64,000 nucleotides of DNA from Mobula hypostoma (GCF_963921235.1 NC_086097.1:86864001-86928000); one strand, 5' to 3'; positions 1 to 13,097 are shown, counted from the stretch's first letter. Notes: generated by a model from the sequence alone, not told the origin. Program-made: numbers and translations.

Positions 1-1363
1 GTCTTTTGTATTTGCAGTCTGATGTCTTTTGCACATTGGTTGCTTGTCATTGATTCTTTTATGGTTATTGGATTTACTGAATCCAATGCCTGCAAGAAAA
101 CAAATCTCAGGGTTGTATGTGGTGAAATATATGTACTTTGATAATAAATTTACTTTGAATTTAATGTTGCTTTGCTCATTTGGAGCCTTACTCTTATAAT
201 AGACAATGGTGGAACAGTACCAAATGTGCACTTTAGGAATGGTTGCCAGTTTTTCTTATGACACTCAGAAAAAATCTGGTTATTACTTTGTGCATGACAT
301 TTCTGCATTGCAGTACTGGGTGATGTGCATTCACCAAAACAGTAAAACATTTACACCTTCAAAAAATTTCAAATCTCAATTCAAATACTTTAAATGACTA
401 GCATAACATTTTCAAATACAAATATGTTGTTAATAAAATGAAAATGACTGGGAACTGTTGCTGATCAGCAAGTTTTTTTCACCCTTGGAACCAGAGTTCA
501 GATTCATTCAAGGCTAATTCAATTTAAGACAGATTTTTATGAAAGGTATTAAGTATAGTAAAGGCAATTCCAATCTCATTTCTAGTGGTGTTTTGTGGCT
601 AACTTCAGGCTATAAAAAATATTGGTGCAGGAAATAACAGTGTTGAATTAAAGAGTGCCATTGTAAGATCACAATTCAGATGTATTCCAGAAATAGAATA
701 GGGAAAGTTCTTCAATGTTGTGCCGCATTGCAATGCACCATTTTATGCTTGAGTATGATATATATTGCCTGTTTGGGGAGTTTCACTTTGATCACATTTC
801 TCAACTTTTTGGATATCTTTTTCTTTAATTTTTCTACTTGGTTTGATGCTTTCATCCTTCTTGTAGCACCTAAAATTGTCTGAATCAGACTTCCATATTA
901 CCCTCAAAGATATAATCAGCAGAATTCTTTGTGTTCCAAGGGAAAAGTTATTTGCTTCTATTTCCATAGTGTTGTTTCTTCTTTACCTACCTTACTTTCT
1001 CATTGTCAAGTGCAACTTATTAAATAATGTCTTTGTTGGCTTCCATTTTACCTCAAATTCTACAGGTATCTTATTTTTCTCACGTATCATTCTCCTGTAC
1101 AGACATAATTCCACTGTTAAGGGACCGGGATAATGCACCTTTCTAGTCTCCACTCTGTACTTGCCCTATCTTTATTAATTAGAGGTGGTTATAATTCCAG
1201 AGGTAATAAATTACTCATTGAAATGTATTATTCACCAAATGACAGTAAATCCTTTCATTGGTTAACATTTTCTTTAATAAATCCTGTAATGTTTGTTTCA
1301 ATTGTTTTTCTTCCATGAATGTGTTATCTTGATAACAGTTAAGATGTCCAGGATCATTTAGAG

Positions 1364-1433
1364 CAGGGGTTCCCAACCTAGGGTTCATGGAACCCTTGCT
1401 TTATGATATTGGTCCAAAGGTTGGGAACCCCTG
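1364..1433. mobile_element. 70-bp hAT (Charlie-like) MITE
   Basis: TIR CAGGGGTTCCCAACCT / AGGTTGGGAACCCCTG. Degenerate 8-bp TSD atttagag/atctggag. Confidence 0.8.
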
Positions 1434-2436
1434 ATCTGGAGGATGTGTATTTCCTCACCTTGTGTCCTCATGAGTTGATTTCCTAATCCAAGCCATGTTA
1501 CCATTGAAGAGTTAAGGAGAATTTATCACAGTGGGCAGCTGGATGAAGTTGAGAAATGAAACTAAGAATAAGGAAAAATGTTTTAAATGCTTAGACTTTA
1601 AATACAATGCACGCGCAGCAATATCATGATTTAAAAATAAACATCTTAATAAGTTTTGAGGCAAATTTACCTGATGATTCGGCAAGAGAACAGGAAAATT
1701 ATTGTAGGGGGAGAGGAAGCAGCATTCTTCTTGGGTTTTTAAGACAAACAATATTAGCTTAGAATGTCATAGTGAACTTAGCTACTGAATAAAAATCTTT
1801 TGTGAATTCATTATATATTTAACGAGCACACATGAATGCACACTTTGCTGTATTAATTTGCTCACTCGTAAGAAATAATTCTATTTTTCTGTCTCAACAA
1901 AGGCACTTAAACAGGTTTAAGTTTCTTTGTTGAAATAGAAGGAAACATAGTCCTGGTCCTTCAGCCTTCATATCTACAATAAACTCCACTTGCTGCCAAT
2001 CTACACATCATGTCCTCTGCACTTTTTCTGTAACATCATGGCAGTAATTGAGAACCTGGATCATGGAGGTTATGGGAAGTGAATTCAATACAACTGCTTA
2101 ATGGTGAGATTGCAAGAAAAAATGTAAAAGCTTTATTTTACAAATTATCATATTTAAAACTACATTATAGCTTGAAGTCATCATTTGTATTTTCAGCTAT
2201 TTCATCATTTCTATTTCAGTCATCATTTCTATTTTCCTACATGTATCTCTGACTCCTCCACACTTCAATTTTATTTTACTGTTTATTTACATTTCTGGTA
2301 TTTGGATTGTTCCAATGTGAATTTTTTATAGACTGCTAATTAAAAAATGATATTATGCCTGGGCAGCAATGAAAGAATTGTAACTTTTTGAAGGTCTTTG
2401 AAAATCTAATTGCAGATCAGGACATGCTGCCTTTAA

Positions 2437-2727
<291 letters not shown>

Positions 2728-3463
2728 TAATTAATGAGCAAAGGACAGAGGCCTAGAAATTTTAACACATGACTCTCTTTTTCTCTCGGCACTATATGTG
2801 TGAAAATCAGTTACTTCCAGACTACCACACTGAAATGCAACTGGGCACTGACAGGTGTGAATTATGCATCGGTGACGGGTGTGAATTATGCATCGGTGAT
2901 TTCTGTGTCACACAGGCACCGAATGATATTTTTCATGCTTGAAAATTAAGCTTGTTCGCAAGTGTTTCTATTGCTGGTGCTCTCAGAATAATAATATTGT
3001 GCTGCCACCAGGTCAGATCCCTGCCAATACTAGAACACCACTCCAAGTTCTTCATGGTTTGGCACAATATAGCATCACTCTACTGCCTTTCCCACTGCCC
3101 ACCTCCCATCCCACACCAAAATTTAAACAAGATGGAACAAACCCTATGCCTGCCTCTTTCCCTCTCAACAACTTCCAATGTTCCTTATGATATGCGTCTA
3201 GCCTAATTTGAGTTCTGCTTGGGAGAGCCAGGAACAGAGTTGTTGGTGTGTCATGCAATGACCTTTTAATGTTTCTGTCATGTTGCCAATAGATTTCAAG
3301 CAATACCTACTTTCCTATCCTTGCATTTAGTGAACACTGCAATTTTGCTGTTATTCTTTAGGAGCAAATCTTTTTCAGAATAAATTTAAATTGGAAGCAA
3401 CTTTCGTTTCTCATTTTCTTTCTCTTGACTGTTCTGTGAGGCCATATTTGGGAGGCCACATCA

Positions 3464-3648
3464 TAAGAACATAGAACATAGAATAGTACAGCACAGTACA
3501 GGCCCTTCGGCCCACAATGTTGTGCCGACTCTCAAACCCTGCCTCCCATATAACACCCCCCCCCCCCCGACCTTAAATTCCTCCATATACCTGTCTGGTC
3601 GTCTCTTAAATTTCACTAGTGTATCTGCCTCCACCACTGACTCAGGCA
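3464..3648 (-). mobile_element. CR1 LINE 3' fragment (same family as 18375-21007 and 54228-55780)
   Basis: (atagaac)n tail on the + strand. Minus strand encodes MPESVVEADTLVKFKRR..DRYMEEFKV, nearly identical to the C-terminus of the 18375-21007 copy. Confidence 0.88.
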
Positions 3649-4404
3649 TCCTGTTCTGTATTGGAGAGGTGGAAGAGGGTGACATGGTGGAGCTCATTCT
3701 TGTTTCTATCTCACTCTCATTCCAACATACAACAGCACACTCCATTGGTGCCCTGGTTGAGATAATCTGACTGAATGAAAAACATGAAATCAATATTGAG
3801 ATTGTTTTATTACCTATCTGTGCTGCAATGTGCATTCCTATGGATCCTGGACAATGGATGTATCAATTCTTTCTGCTTTAGCATATCTTTGAATTGTAAA
3901 TCATCTAGAAAGAAAATTGTGTTTATGAAGAACCTTTTACATAAAGTGTGACTAAGGATAGCTATAAATTTATTAAGAGAAGTCTCCTTGGAATGCTGCC
4001 ATCAAATCTTTAACAACGACATGAAATACCAAATAAGGTCATGGCTGTTTGGTAGACCATTTCTGAAAGAGTCTGCCCTGCATTAAAGTACCAATAATTA
4101 TTATATTCTAAAGCTTCTGGTCTATGACTTGAGCTCGTCCATGTTCAAAGAGAACACTGCTACTTCAAAGCCAGGCCAAATCAGAGTGCACACTATGTCA
4201 AACAATAAATTATAAGCATGAGGGCAAAGCTACAGCTGCGGTCCTTTGAATAAACAGGACTGGCATTATATTACATAGATGAGAAGTTATCAGAAGCAAT
4301 TTCACTTTATTGCTACATGAGTTGATCTCATGAAAAGCTTATCTTGGGAAAGGAAATATTTGCCAAATTCTCTAATTGTTTATGGACAGCTTGAGAAATA
4401 GTTT

Positions 4405-4624
4405 CATACAAAAATGCTGGAAGAATTCAGCAGGCCAGGCAGCATCTATGGAAAAGAGTAGGCAGTTGATGTTTCAGGCTGAGACCCTTCATCAGGACTG
4501 ATGGAGGGTCTCAGCCCGAAACCTCAACTGTACTCTTTTCCATAGATGCGGCCTGATCTGCTGAGTTCCTCCAGCATTTTGTGTGTGTAACTTGGATTTC
4601 CAGCATTGCAGATTTTCTCATCTT
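4405..4624. repeat. Penelope-derived inverted (palindromic) pLTR repeat with two degenerate hammerhead motifs
   Basis: Arms ~4407-4495 and ~4498-4590 are reverse complements. A CTGATG..GGGTCTC.GCC.GAAA motif occurs on each strand. Same repeat as the pLTR at 50722-50860. Confidence 0.75.
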
Positions 4625-4932
4625 GAGAGTGTGTTTTTTTGGGTAGGATTGGAATAAGCTTGGGTTTGATGCCTCCTATCTAGTTAGATAGCCGGCACTG
4701 AATGTCATAAACCCATCATTATTGCTTTTGACATTTTTGGCGACTGTACAGAGACGTTAAGGGTTATTGCACGGAACACCAAAGACAACTGTGGGCTGAA
4801 CTTTGTACAGCAAAATTCAGATCAGGCCAGAAGATGTCATTGTGGAATAGAAGAAGGAGAACATTAAGGAATGACTGTTTGGGACTAAGAAACAGTCTCA
4901 AATCCTCTACCTATTTAAAAAAAATACTATGA

Positions 4933-5241
<309 letters not shown>

Positions 5242-5799
5242 TAGTATCAAATTGCATTGAACTGTTTCACCTTATGCAAGTTATAGTGGCTGCAGTAAAC
5301 CCATTTTTGGAGTAGTTTTATGGATTTTTAAATACAGTATGATGGAACACAGATTTTATATTTTCAGTGCAAGAAAAGCTTTATAAAATTGTTCTTTTCA
5401 CTTTTTCTGGTGGTGTATTAATAGGCCCACCTTTAGGTTTCATAACACTTTAGTCAGCATTTTATCTTCAATTGCCTCTTACAGGTGAAATAAATTTGAA
5501 GGTAATGGAGGCTTATCTAACTCGGTTGATTTAGCATGGTAAATTTCCCTGGGAGAATACACAGATTAACGGCACCCAATCAAACACCACTTGCATGGTG
5601 TTAAGTGTACTCTGCTTTTCTTTAGTGGTAAACAAGCTCTGTTTGGAATGGGAGAAACAGGAAGATGGGAAAAATCTAAATCACAAACACACAGTAGTGA
5701 TACAAAACACCTTCTGTGACAGAATTAACTGGCCACTTGCCATGGTGATTAGAAAGTTTGTTTGAGGTTTTGATTAGTCCTTCATAAAATAGCTGTAAT

Positions 5800-6230
5800 G
5801 AAGAGGGTAAAGTTGGAGATCTAGCCTCAAGAAAGGGAACACAGTTGCAGTTCTGTAACTGATAGTAAGTTAGAGATGTTTGGCTCTGGTACTCTATGGA
5901 GTTTAGAAGAATGAGAGGGATCTCATTGAAACCAATTGAATATTGAAATGCAGTCGTTGAGAGAATGTTTCCAATAGTAGAGGAGTCTAGGATCAGAGAG
6001 CACAACCACAGTATGCAAGGGCATCCCTTTAGAACAGAGGAGGAATTTATTTAGCCAGAGTATGGTAAATCTGTGGAACTCAGCTGTGAAGACCCAGTCA
6101 GTAGGTATGTTTCAAGCGGGCGTGCATATGTTCTTGATTAGTAACCCTTACGAAAGGTTACAGGGAGAAGGCAGGTGAATGGGGTTGAGAGGGATAATAA
6201 ATCAGCCATGATTGAGTTATGGTCTAGTTT
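5800..6230 (+). mobile_element. Old degenerate CR1 3' fragment
   Basis: Typical CR1 ORF2 end (ctctatggagtttagaagaatgagagggatctcattgaaacc...). Boundaries approximate. Confidence 0.6.
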
Positions 6231-6500
6231 ATACAGCACTAACTAAATAAGAGAACATTGCAGATGTGTGCAGTCCTTTCATTTTAAGATCTCTGATGAA
6301 AACCAGTCAGAAGCAAGGAACAATCTACTGTATCTACTTTGTCTTCTGAGCAACCTTATCCCTTCTATCCATGACAGAAAATTGCTGTACTCTTTGTGTA
6401 AATTTTTAATAATTTGACATGATCAGGGTTTTTGTGGCTAATGGAATAAATTCTACTATAATATGTTGGTTACTTCCTACAAAGTGAAACCCAATAGTAT

Positions 6501-7541
6501 GATGAACTCAACGCCTTCTATGCACGCTTTGAAAGGGAGAACACAACTACAGCTGTGAAGATCCCTGCTGCAGCTAATGACCCTGTGATCTCTGTCTCAG
6601 AAGCTGATGTTAGACTGTCTTTAAACAGAGTGAACCCTCGTAAGGCAGAAGGTCCCGTTGGAATACCTGGTAAGGCTCTGAAAACCTGTGCCAACCAACT
6701 AGCAGGAGTATTCAAGGACATTTTCAACCTTTCACTGCTATGGGCAGAAGTTCCCACTTGCTTCAAAAAGGCAACATTTATACTAATGCCAAAGAAGAAT
6801 AATGTGGACTGCCTTAATGACTATCGCCCGGTAGCACTCACATCGACAGTGATGAAATGCTTTGAGAGGTTGGTTATGACTAGACCGAACTCCTGCCTCA
6901 GCAAGGACCTGGACCCATTGCAATTTGCCTATCGTCACGATATGTCAACAGCAGATGCAATCTCCGTGGCTCTTCACATGGCTTTAGACCACCTAGGTAA
7001 CACAAACACCTATGTCAGGATGCTGTTCATCGACTATAGCTCGGCATTTAATACCATCATTGCCACAATCATAATTGAGAAGTTGCAGAACCTGGGCCTC
7101 TGTACCTCCCTCTGTAATTGGATCCTCGACTTCCTAACCAGGAGACCACAGTCTGTGCAGATTGGTGGTAACATGCCCTCTCTGCTGACGATCAACACTG
7201 GCGCACCTCAGGGGTGCGTGCTTAGCTCACTGCTCTACTCTCTGTATACATATGACTGTGTGGCTAGGCGTAGCTCAAATACCATCTACAAATTTGCTGA
7301 CAATACAACCACTGTTAGTAGAATCTCAGGTGGTGACGAGAGGGCGTATAGGAGTGAGATATGCCAGCTAGTGGAATGGTGCCACAGTAACAACCTGGCA
7401 CTCAACGTCAGGAAAACGAAAGAGCTGATTGTGGACTTCAGGAAGGGTAAGATGAAGGAACACGTACCAATCCTCAGAGGGATCAAAAGTGGAGAGAGTG
7501 AGCAGCTTCAAGTTCCTGGGTGTCAAGATCTCTGAAGATCT
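6501..7541 (+). mobile_element. Rex1/Babar-like LINE, 5'-truncated; part upstream of the L1 insertion
   Basis: RT ORF 6555-7535: [50 protein letters not shown] (degenerate FADD). Frameshift near 7480. Confidence 0.88.
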
Positions 7542-7697
7542 GGAGACTTCCGGTAGCGCTCATGGAGTGAAGTCGCGTTCTTGACTCGCTCCATTACCTC
7601 TGAGTTTTTTCTCTCTATGGTCAGCTATACTTTAATTAACTATTAAGGCATCAATTTTTACAATACTTTGAATTAAACTGAATTCTCTGACAATTGG

Positions 7698-8597
7698 ATG
7701 ATACTGAGATCGGCTATGTCTAAGAACGGGAAAGACGGCAAGGATGGTAAACCTCCGGTTAAACCGAAAGCTACGGATCTCCCTCCGACTGAATCACCGG
7801 TGACTTTGAAAGCGATATCGGAGTTAATTCAGAGGGAAATTTCAACCTCTGTTAGGGAGATGATTCGTACAGAAATTATGGGCTTTGTTAAAGACCTGAT
7901 TCATACGGAAATCTCAACTAAGTTCCAGAAAATTGCCGATTTAATTGATAAGATGCAAACATGTATTGCGGAACATCAGTCGGCTATATCTGATCTTCAA
8001 AAATCCGCGCAACAAAGTGAGCTTAAGATGGGGAAAGTCGAAGAAACAATTAATGTAATGAAGAAGAAACTTGACTTTTTGACTTTTAAAAACTCTGACT
8101 TGGAATCTAGAATGCGACGGCAGAATTTACGAATGATTGGCGTCAGGGAAGCCGTGGAAGCTAACAACCCTATGAAATATTTCTCCCAACTTTTAAAAGA
8201 TGCATTCCCTACTGTATTTCCTGACCAACCACCGTTACTGGATCGTGTTCACAGAATCCCATCATACTCGTCTAGGTCAGATAGACCGAGGCATGTTATC
8301 TTACGTTTTCATTACTTTCAAGACAAGGAGAGACTGTTTCGATTCGCTCGATCTAAAGGTTTCATTGATTTTTCGGATCTTAAGTTCCGATTCGTGGAAG
8401 ATTTCAGTAAACCAATCTGGGACCAACGGGTCCGTTACAGATCCGTGATGTCGGAATTCTATAAGATGGATTTAAGACCAGCGCTGCTGTACCCTGCACG
8501 TCTAAGGATTCGCATGTTAGATGGAGCCCTTCGTTTTTTTGATTCTCCATCGGATGCCCAGAGTTATCTGGATCAACTTTCATCTTCAACATCTTAA
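7698..8597 (+). CDS. L1 ORF1p (coiled coil, RRM, CTD), 299 aa; alternative ATG at 7716
   Basis: Heptad-like region followed by L1 ORF1 motifs RRQNLRMIGV, DRVHRI, RPRHVILRF and LLYPARLRI. Confidence 0.92.
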   Translation: MILRSAMSKNGKDGKDGKPPVKPKATDLPPTESPVTLKAISELIQREISTSVREMIRTEIMGFVKDLIHTEISTKFQKIADLIDKMQTCIAEHQSAISDLQKSAQQSELKMGKVEETINVMKKKLDFLTFKNSDLESRMRRQNLRMIGVREAVEANNPMKYFSQLLKDAFPTVFPDQPPLLDRVHRIPSYSSRSDRPRHVILRFHYFQDKERLFRFARSKGFIDFSDLKFRFVEDFSKPIWDQRVRYRSVMSEFYKMDLRPALLYPARLRIRMLDGALRFFDSPSDAQSYLDQLSSSTS

Positions 8598-9320
8598 TTG
8601 CCTTTTTTTTTAATTTTCTCCGTTGATCGGAGGCTGTGAATTGGTTGGTTTTAACTTTTCTGTGCCCTATTTGGGCAGAAAAGTTTACTTTCGATTTCTT
8701 AATATGGCTGCTAAACTTTCTTTTTAACTGCGTCATTTCTTTCTTTTCCCAGGGGATTCTGAGTGGTTACTTCCCTTTTGTCATCTTACGTATTTCCTGT
8801 GCGGCCTTAAATTTTGTAGTTTTTTTTACATTTTATTCTGTTTTGCTTTTTATAATCATTTTATGTTAATAATCCTATTTTTTTTTGTTGCTGTGTCTAT
8901 TCATGAGTTTGAGGTTTATTGTGGTTTTTTTTTAATATATACTTTCCGGCTTTTGTTCTGTTCTGTGTGTATTTTAATTGAGCTAACTTTTTTTTACTTA
9001 TTTTTTTACTGTTTTACAATTAGCTGACCCTTTTCATATTTATACCTTTTTTTTAGGGAGCGTATACCGGAAGTCATGGGGGTAGTTTTAGCGCTTGCTT
9101 CTTTCTGGCGGGTCTGCTTTAGATTTCGCCTTGGGGTCTTGGGCTGGGGGGTGGTGGGAGGGGCTTCACGTTTTAGTTTGTTTCTCTTTGGGCTATATAC
9201 ATTATTGAAGTATTGGTTGCGTCCTTTTCCCCGGTATCTTTTGTATGTTCTGTTTCCTCTCCGGGTTTGTGGGTCGCGCCTATTGTCAATCCTCCTTGTT
9301 ATGGGTTGACTTTAGGATTT

Positions 9321-12300
9321 ATGGAGTCTATTATTAATTTTGTCTCCTGGAATACTAATGGTCTTAATCATCCTATTAAAAGGAAAAAAGTTTTTAAAGT
9401 GTTCCGGAGACTTAAAGCACAAATTTTATTTTTACAAGAGACCCATGTACGGAGGGGGGACAGACTACGTTTTTTCAAATTCTGGAAGGGACAACAATTT
9501 CATTCGAACTCCAATGCTAAGATTCGAGGCGTCTCTATTTTTATAGACTCCTCAGTTACTTTTATACAACAGGATATTATCTCTGATCCGAATGGTAGAT
9601 TTTTACTGGTTAGTGGTTTACTATTTAATAAAAAAGTAGTTTTGGTTAATGTTTATGCTCCTAATATGGATTGTCCGGAATTTTATAAATCATTGTTTGA
9701 TCAGTTTCCGAATTTGAACGAGTTTTCATTGATTTGGGGCGGAGATCTTAATACCTGTTTATCTCCAGCTTTGGACCGTTCGGCTCCTTTACGGACTTTA
9801 CCTAATAAATCTGCAAATTTGATTAATTTTTTCCTTTCTGATTCTGGGTCGACGGACATTTGGCGTTTTCTGCATCCTCAGGAAAAAGATTTTTCCTTCT
9901 TTTCACATGTTCATCATTCCTATTCAAGAATTGATTATTTTTTCATTGATTCTCGTCTCATTCCTTCAGTGATTAAATGTGATTATGATTCTATAACCAT
10001 TTCGGATCATGCTCCACTTAAGCTTTCTATTAAAATTATGGCCAATATACCAAACAATAGACAATGGCGTTTTAATTCGCTGTTGCTTCAGGACTCGGAC
10101 TTTGTTAATTTTATGAATGAACAGATTGAGCTTTTTTTTACAATTAACCATACAGAAGATATTTCGGTTAACACTCTTTGGGACACTTTTAAAGCCTATA
10201 TTCGGGGTCAGATTATTTCGTATTCCGTTGCTTTGAGGAAGAAACAGAAGCAGGAGGAGATGGCAATTGTGGACAAGATTAAAGAAATTGATAAGAAATA
10301 TGTTATGGCTCCTTCTGAGGAGCTATACAAACAAAGAACTGAACTTCAAATGGAACACAGTTTACTACTCTCGTCCTCGATTGTAAACCAATTAAAGAAA
10401 ACAAGAAGTGATTTTTATGTTCACAGTGATAAAATTGGCAAGCTGCTGGCTAATCAATTGAAATCTAATTATGTTAAATCTCAAATCAATCAGATTTATA
10501 ACCAAAATGATCGATTGATATTGGATCATGTGGGGATTAATCAAACCTTTTGTGATTTTTATTCTTCTTTATATCAATCAGAGTCTCCTCGAGATTCTAA
10601 ATATATGAATGATTTTTTAGATAAGTTAGACTTCCCTCAGATTTCACAGGATATGTCTTCTTTATTAGATACTTCCATTACAATGGATGAGATTAAGAAT
10701 GTTATTTTTTCTATGAATCTGGGGAAAGCTCCTGGCCCTGATGGGTTTACCGTTGAATTTTATAAATGTTTTGCTTCTTTATTGATTCCTTGGCTCTATA
10801 AGGTTTTTGAGGCTTCTTTGAAACTTGGTAAACTTCCGGAATCTTTTAATAGAGCATCAATTTCTTTAATACTAAAGAAGGATAAAGACCCTGCTCAATG
10901 TGCATCTTATAGACCAATATCTTTATTAAATGTTGATTCTAAAGTTTTTTCTAAGTTATTAGCAAATAGACTAGAAAAAGTACTTCCTTCTATTATTTCG
11001 GAAGACCAAACGGGTTTTATTAAAGGTCGTTACTCTTTTTATAATATTCGTACATTGTTAAATATCGTTTATACTCCCTCACAAAATGTTCCTGAGTGTG
11101 TTATTTCTTTAGATGCCGAGAAAGCTTTTGATAGAGTAGAATGGCCTTATTTATTTAAGGTGCTTGAAATGTTTAATTTTAGCTTGAAATTTATATCCTG
11201 GATTAAACTGTTATATCACTCCCCTGTAGCCTCGGTTCGTACTAACTCCTTAAACTCACCTTTTTTTCCTCTCTTTCGTGGTACTCGACAAGGCTGTCCT
11301 CTTAGTCCCCTATTATTTGATATTGCATTAGAACCTCTTGCAATTGCTATTCGAGAATCTTCAAATATTACTGGGATAACTCGGGGATTAAAGTCCCATA
11401 AATTATCACTCTATGCTGATGATTTACTTTTATATATTTCTAATCCTGAGAGATCCATTCCTGCTGTTTTAGAGTTATTAGCACAATTTGGTCTTTTCTC
11501 AGGTTATAAATTAAATCTTAGTAAGAGTGAACTTTTTCCGATTAATAAACATCTTCCCTTATATTATAAATTTCCATTTAAATTGATTAATAATTACTTT
11601 TCATATCTTGGGATTAAAATTACTTGTAAACATAAAGATTTATTTAAGACTAACTTTTTACCATTAATAGACCATATTACTCAACTTTCATCTAAATGGT
11701 TTCCCTTATATTTAACTTTGATTGGTCGTATTAATGCAGTTAAGATGTTTTTTTTGCCAAAATTTTTATATGTGTTTCAGGCATTACCAATTTTCGTTCC
11801 TAAATCTTTTTTTGATAAAGTTGACTCTAAAATTTCTTCATTTATCTGGCAGAATAAGAATCCGAGACTGGGTAAAATACATTTACAGAAAGCTAAGAGA
11901 GATGGAGGTTTAGCATTACCTAACTTTAGATTTTATTATTGGGCTATTAATATTCGACATATGAAATTTTGGTTACTTGACCGGGACATACTATCTATTC
12001 CTAAATGGGTAGCATTGGAATTACAATCTGTTCAGGGTTATACACTTGGTTCTATTTTAGGTTCCTCTCTTCCTTTTGATTCGAAACGCCTTAAGCAGGT
12101 CTCTAACCCGATAGTTAAATATGCTTTGCGCATTTGGTTTCAATTCAGAAAATTTTTTGATCTTAATCAATTCGGGTTAGCGATTCCTATTTTAGGCAAC
12201 ATATTTTTTCCTCCCTCTTTTACGGATCGCGCTTTTCAAACTTGGAAGACTAAGGGTATTTTACGGTTTTTGGATTTATTTTTAGATGGTTCCCTTATGT

Positions 12301-13097
12301 CTTTTGAACAATTATCTAATAAATATAACTTATCAAGAATACATTTTTTTAGATATTTACAAGTTAGAAATTTCCTAAGTACTATACTTTCTTCCTTTCC
12401 AATGCTTCCTCCTATATATATTTTAGATTCGATAATTAACCTTAATCCATGTCAGAAAGGTGCATCGGCTATGATTTATAATATTATTATGAAACTTAGG
12501 AAAGCTCCATTTGATAAGATTAGGGTAGATTGGGAACAGGAATTGGGGCTTACCATTTCTGTGGATGATTGGGGGCAGATTTTACAATTAGTTAATACTT
12601 CCTCTATTTGTGCTAAACATTCCCTAATTCAATTTAAAGTGGTTCATAGAGCACATATGTCCAAAGATAAGTTAGCGCGTTTTTACTCGCATATTAATCC
12701 TTTCTGTGATAGATGTTCGGGGCAGATAGCCTCTTTAACTCATATGTTTTGGTCTTGCCCTACTTTGGAAACTTTTTGGAGAGATATTTTCAATATTATT
12801 TCTAAGGTATTAAATATAGATATCTCTCCTCACCCTATTACTGCTATCTTTGGACTACCTAAAATTTCTAGTAATCTTTCCCCTTCAGCCCGTAGAATGA
12901 TTGCATTTCTTACTTTAATGGCGAAAAGATGTATTTTACAACATTGGAAAGAGCTTAATGCTCCAACTACCTTTTTTTGGTTTTCTCAGACGATTTTATG
13001 TTTGAATCTGGAGAAAATTAGAAGTAACCTTTATGATTCTTCATTTAAATTTGAACAGATTTGGGGACCTTTTATTCGATATTTTCATTTAATGTAA
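9321..13097 (+). CDS. L1 ORF2p (APE endonuclease, reverse transcriptase, CCHC), 1258 aa from ATG 9321
   Basis: APE motifs SWNTNGL, FLQETH, GGDLN, SRIDY, SDH. RT motifs KAPGPDG, YRPISLLN, DAEKAFD, GTRQGCPLSP, YADD, YLG. C-terminal CDRC-x8-HMFWSC. No stops. Confidence 0.96.
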   Translation: MESIINFVSWNTNGLNHPIKRKKVFKVFRRLKAQILFLQETHVRRGDRLRFFKFWKGQQFHSNSNAKIRGVSIFIDSSVTFIQQDIISDPNGRFLLVSGLLFNKKVVLVNVYAPNMDCPEFYKSLFDQFPNLNEFSLIWGGDLNTCLSPALDRSAPLRTLPNKSANLINFFLSDSGSTDIWRFLHPQEKDFSFFSHVHHSYSRIDYFFIDSRLIPSVIKCDYDSITISDHAPLKLSIKIMANIPNNRQWRFNSLLLQDSDFVNFMNEQIELFFTINHTEDISVNTLWDTFKAYIRGQIISYSVALRKKQKQEEMAIVDKIKEIDKKYVMAPSEELYKQRTELQMEHSLLLSSSIVNQLKKTRSDFYVHSDKIGKLLANQLKSNYVKSQINQIYNQNDRLILDHVGINQTFCDFYSSLYQSESPRDSKYMNDFLDKLDFPQISQDMSSLLDTSITMDEIKNVIFSMNLGKAPGPDGFTVEFYKCFASLLIPWLYKVFEASLKLGKLPESFNRASISLILKKDKDPAQCASYRPISLLNVDSKVFSKLLANRLEKVLPSIISEDQTGFIKGRYSFYNIRTLLNIVYTPSQNVPECVISLDAEKAFDRVEWPYLFKVLEMFNFSLKFISWIKLLYHSPVASVRTNSLNSPFFPLFRGTRQGCPLSPLLFDIALEPLAIAIRESSNITGITRGLKSHKLSLYADDLLLYISNPERSIPAVLELLAQFGLFSGYKLNLSKSELFPINKHLPLYYKFPFKLINNYFSYLGIKITCKHKDLFKTNFLPLIDHITQLSSKWFPLYLTLIGRINAVKMFFLPKFLYVFQALPIFVPKSFFDKVDSKISSFIWQNKNPRLGKIHLQKAKRDGGLALPNFRFYYWAINIRHMKFWLLDRDILSIPKWVALELQSVQGYTLGSILGSSLPFDSKRLKQVSNPIVKYALRIWFQFRKFFDLNQFGLAIPILGNIFFPPSFTDRAFQTWKTKGILRFLDLFLDGSLMSFEQLSNKYNLSRIHFFRYLQVRNFLSTILSSFPMLPPIYILDSIINLNPCQKGASAMIYNIIMKLRKAPFDKIRVDWEQELGLTISVDDWGQILQLVNTSSICAKHSLIQFKVVHRAHMSKDKLARFYSHINPFCDRCSGQIASLTHMFWSCPTLETFWRDIFNIISKVLNIDISPHPITAIFGLPKISSNLSPSARRMIAFLTLMAKRCILQHWKELNAPTTFFWFSQTILCLNLEKIRSNLYDSSFKFEQIWGPFIRYFHLM

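Noticed and set aside
150..2400. Short ORFs and a further upstream PCNX1 exon
   Set aside because: AT-rich low-complexity translations with no pecanex similarity. The preceding exon probably lies before the window.
9213..9320. ORF-track N-terminal extension of L1 ORF2 (1294 aa)
   Set aside because: It starts at a non-ATG codon. The APE domain begins just after ATG 9321 (MESIINFVSWN), the usual position.
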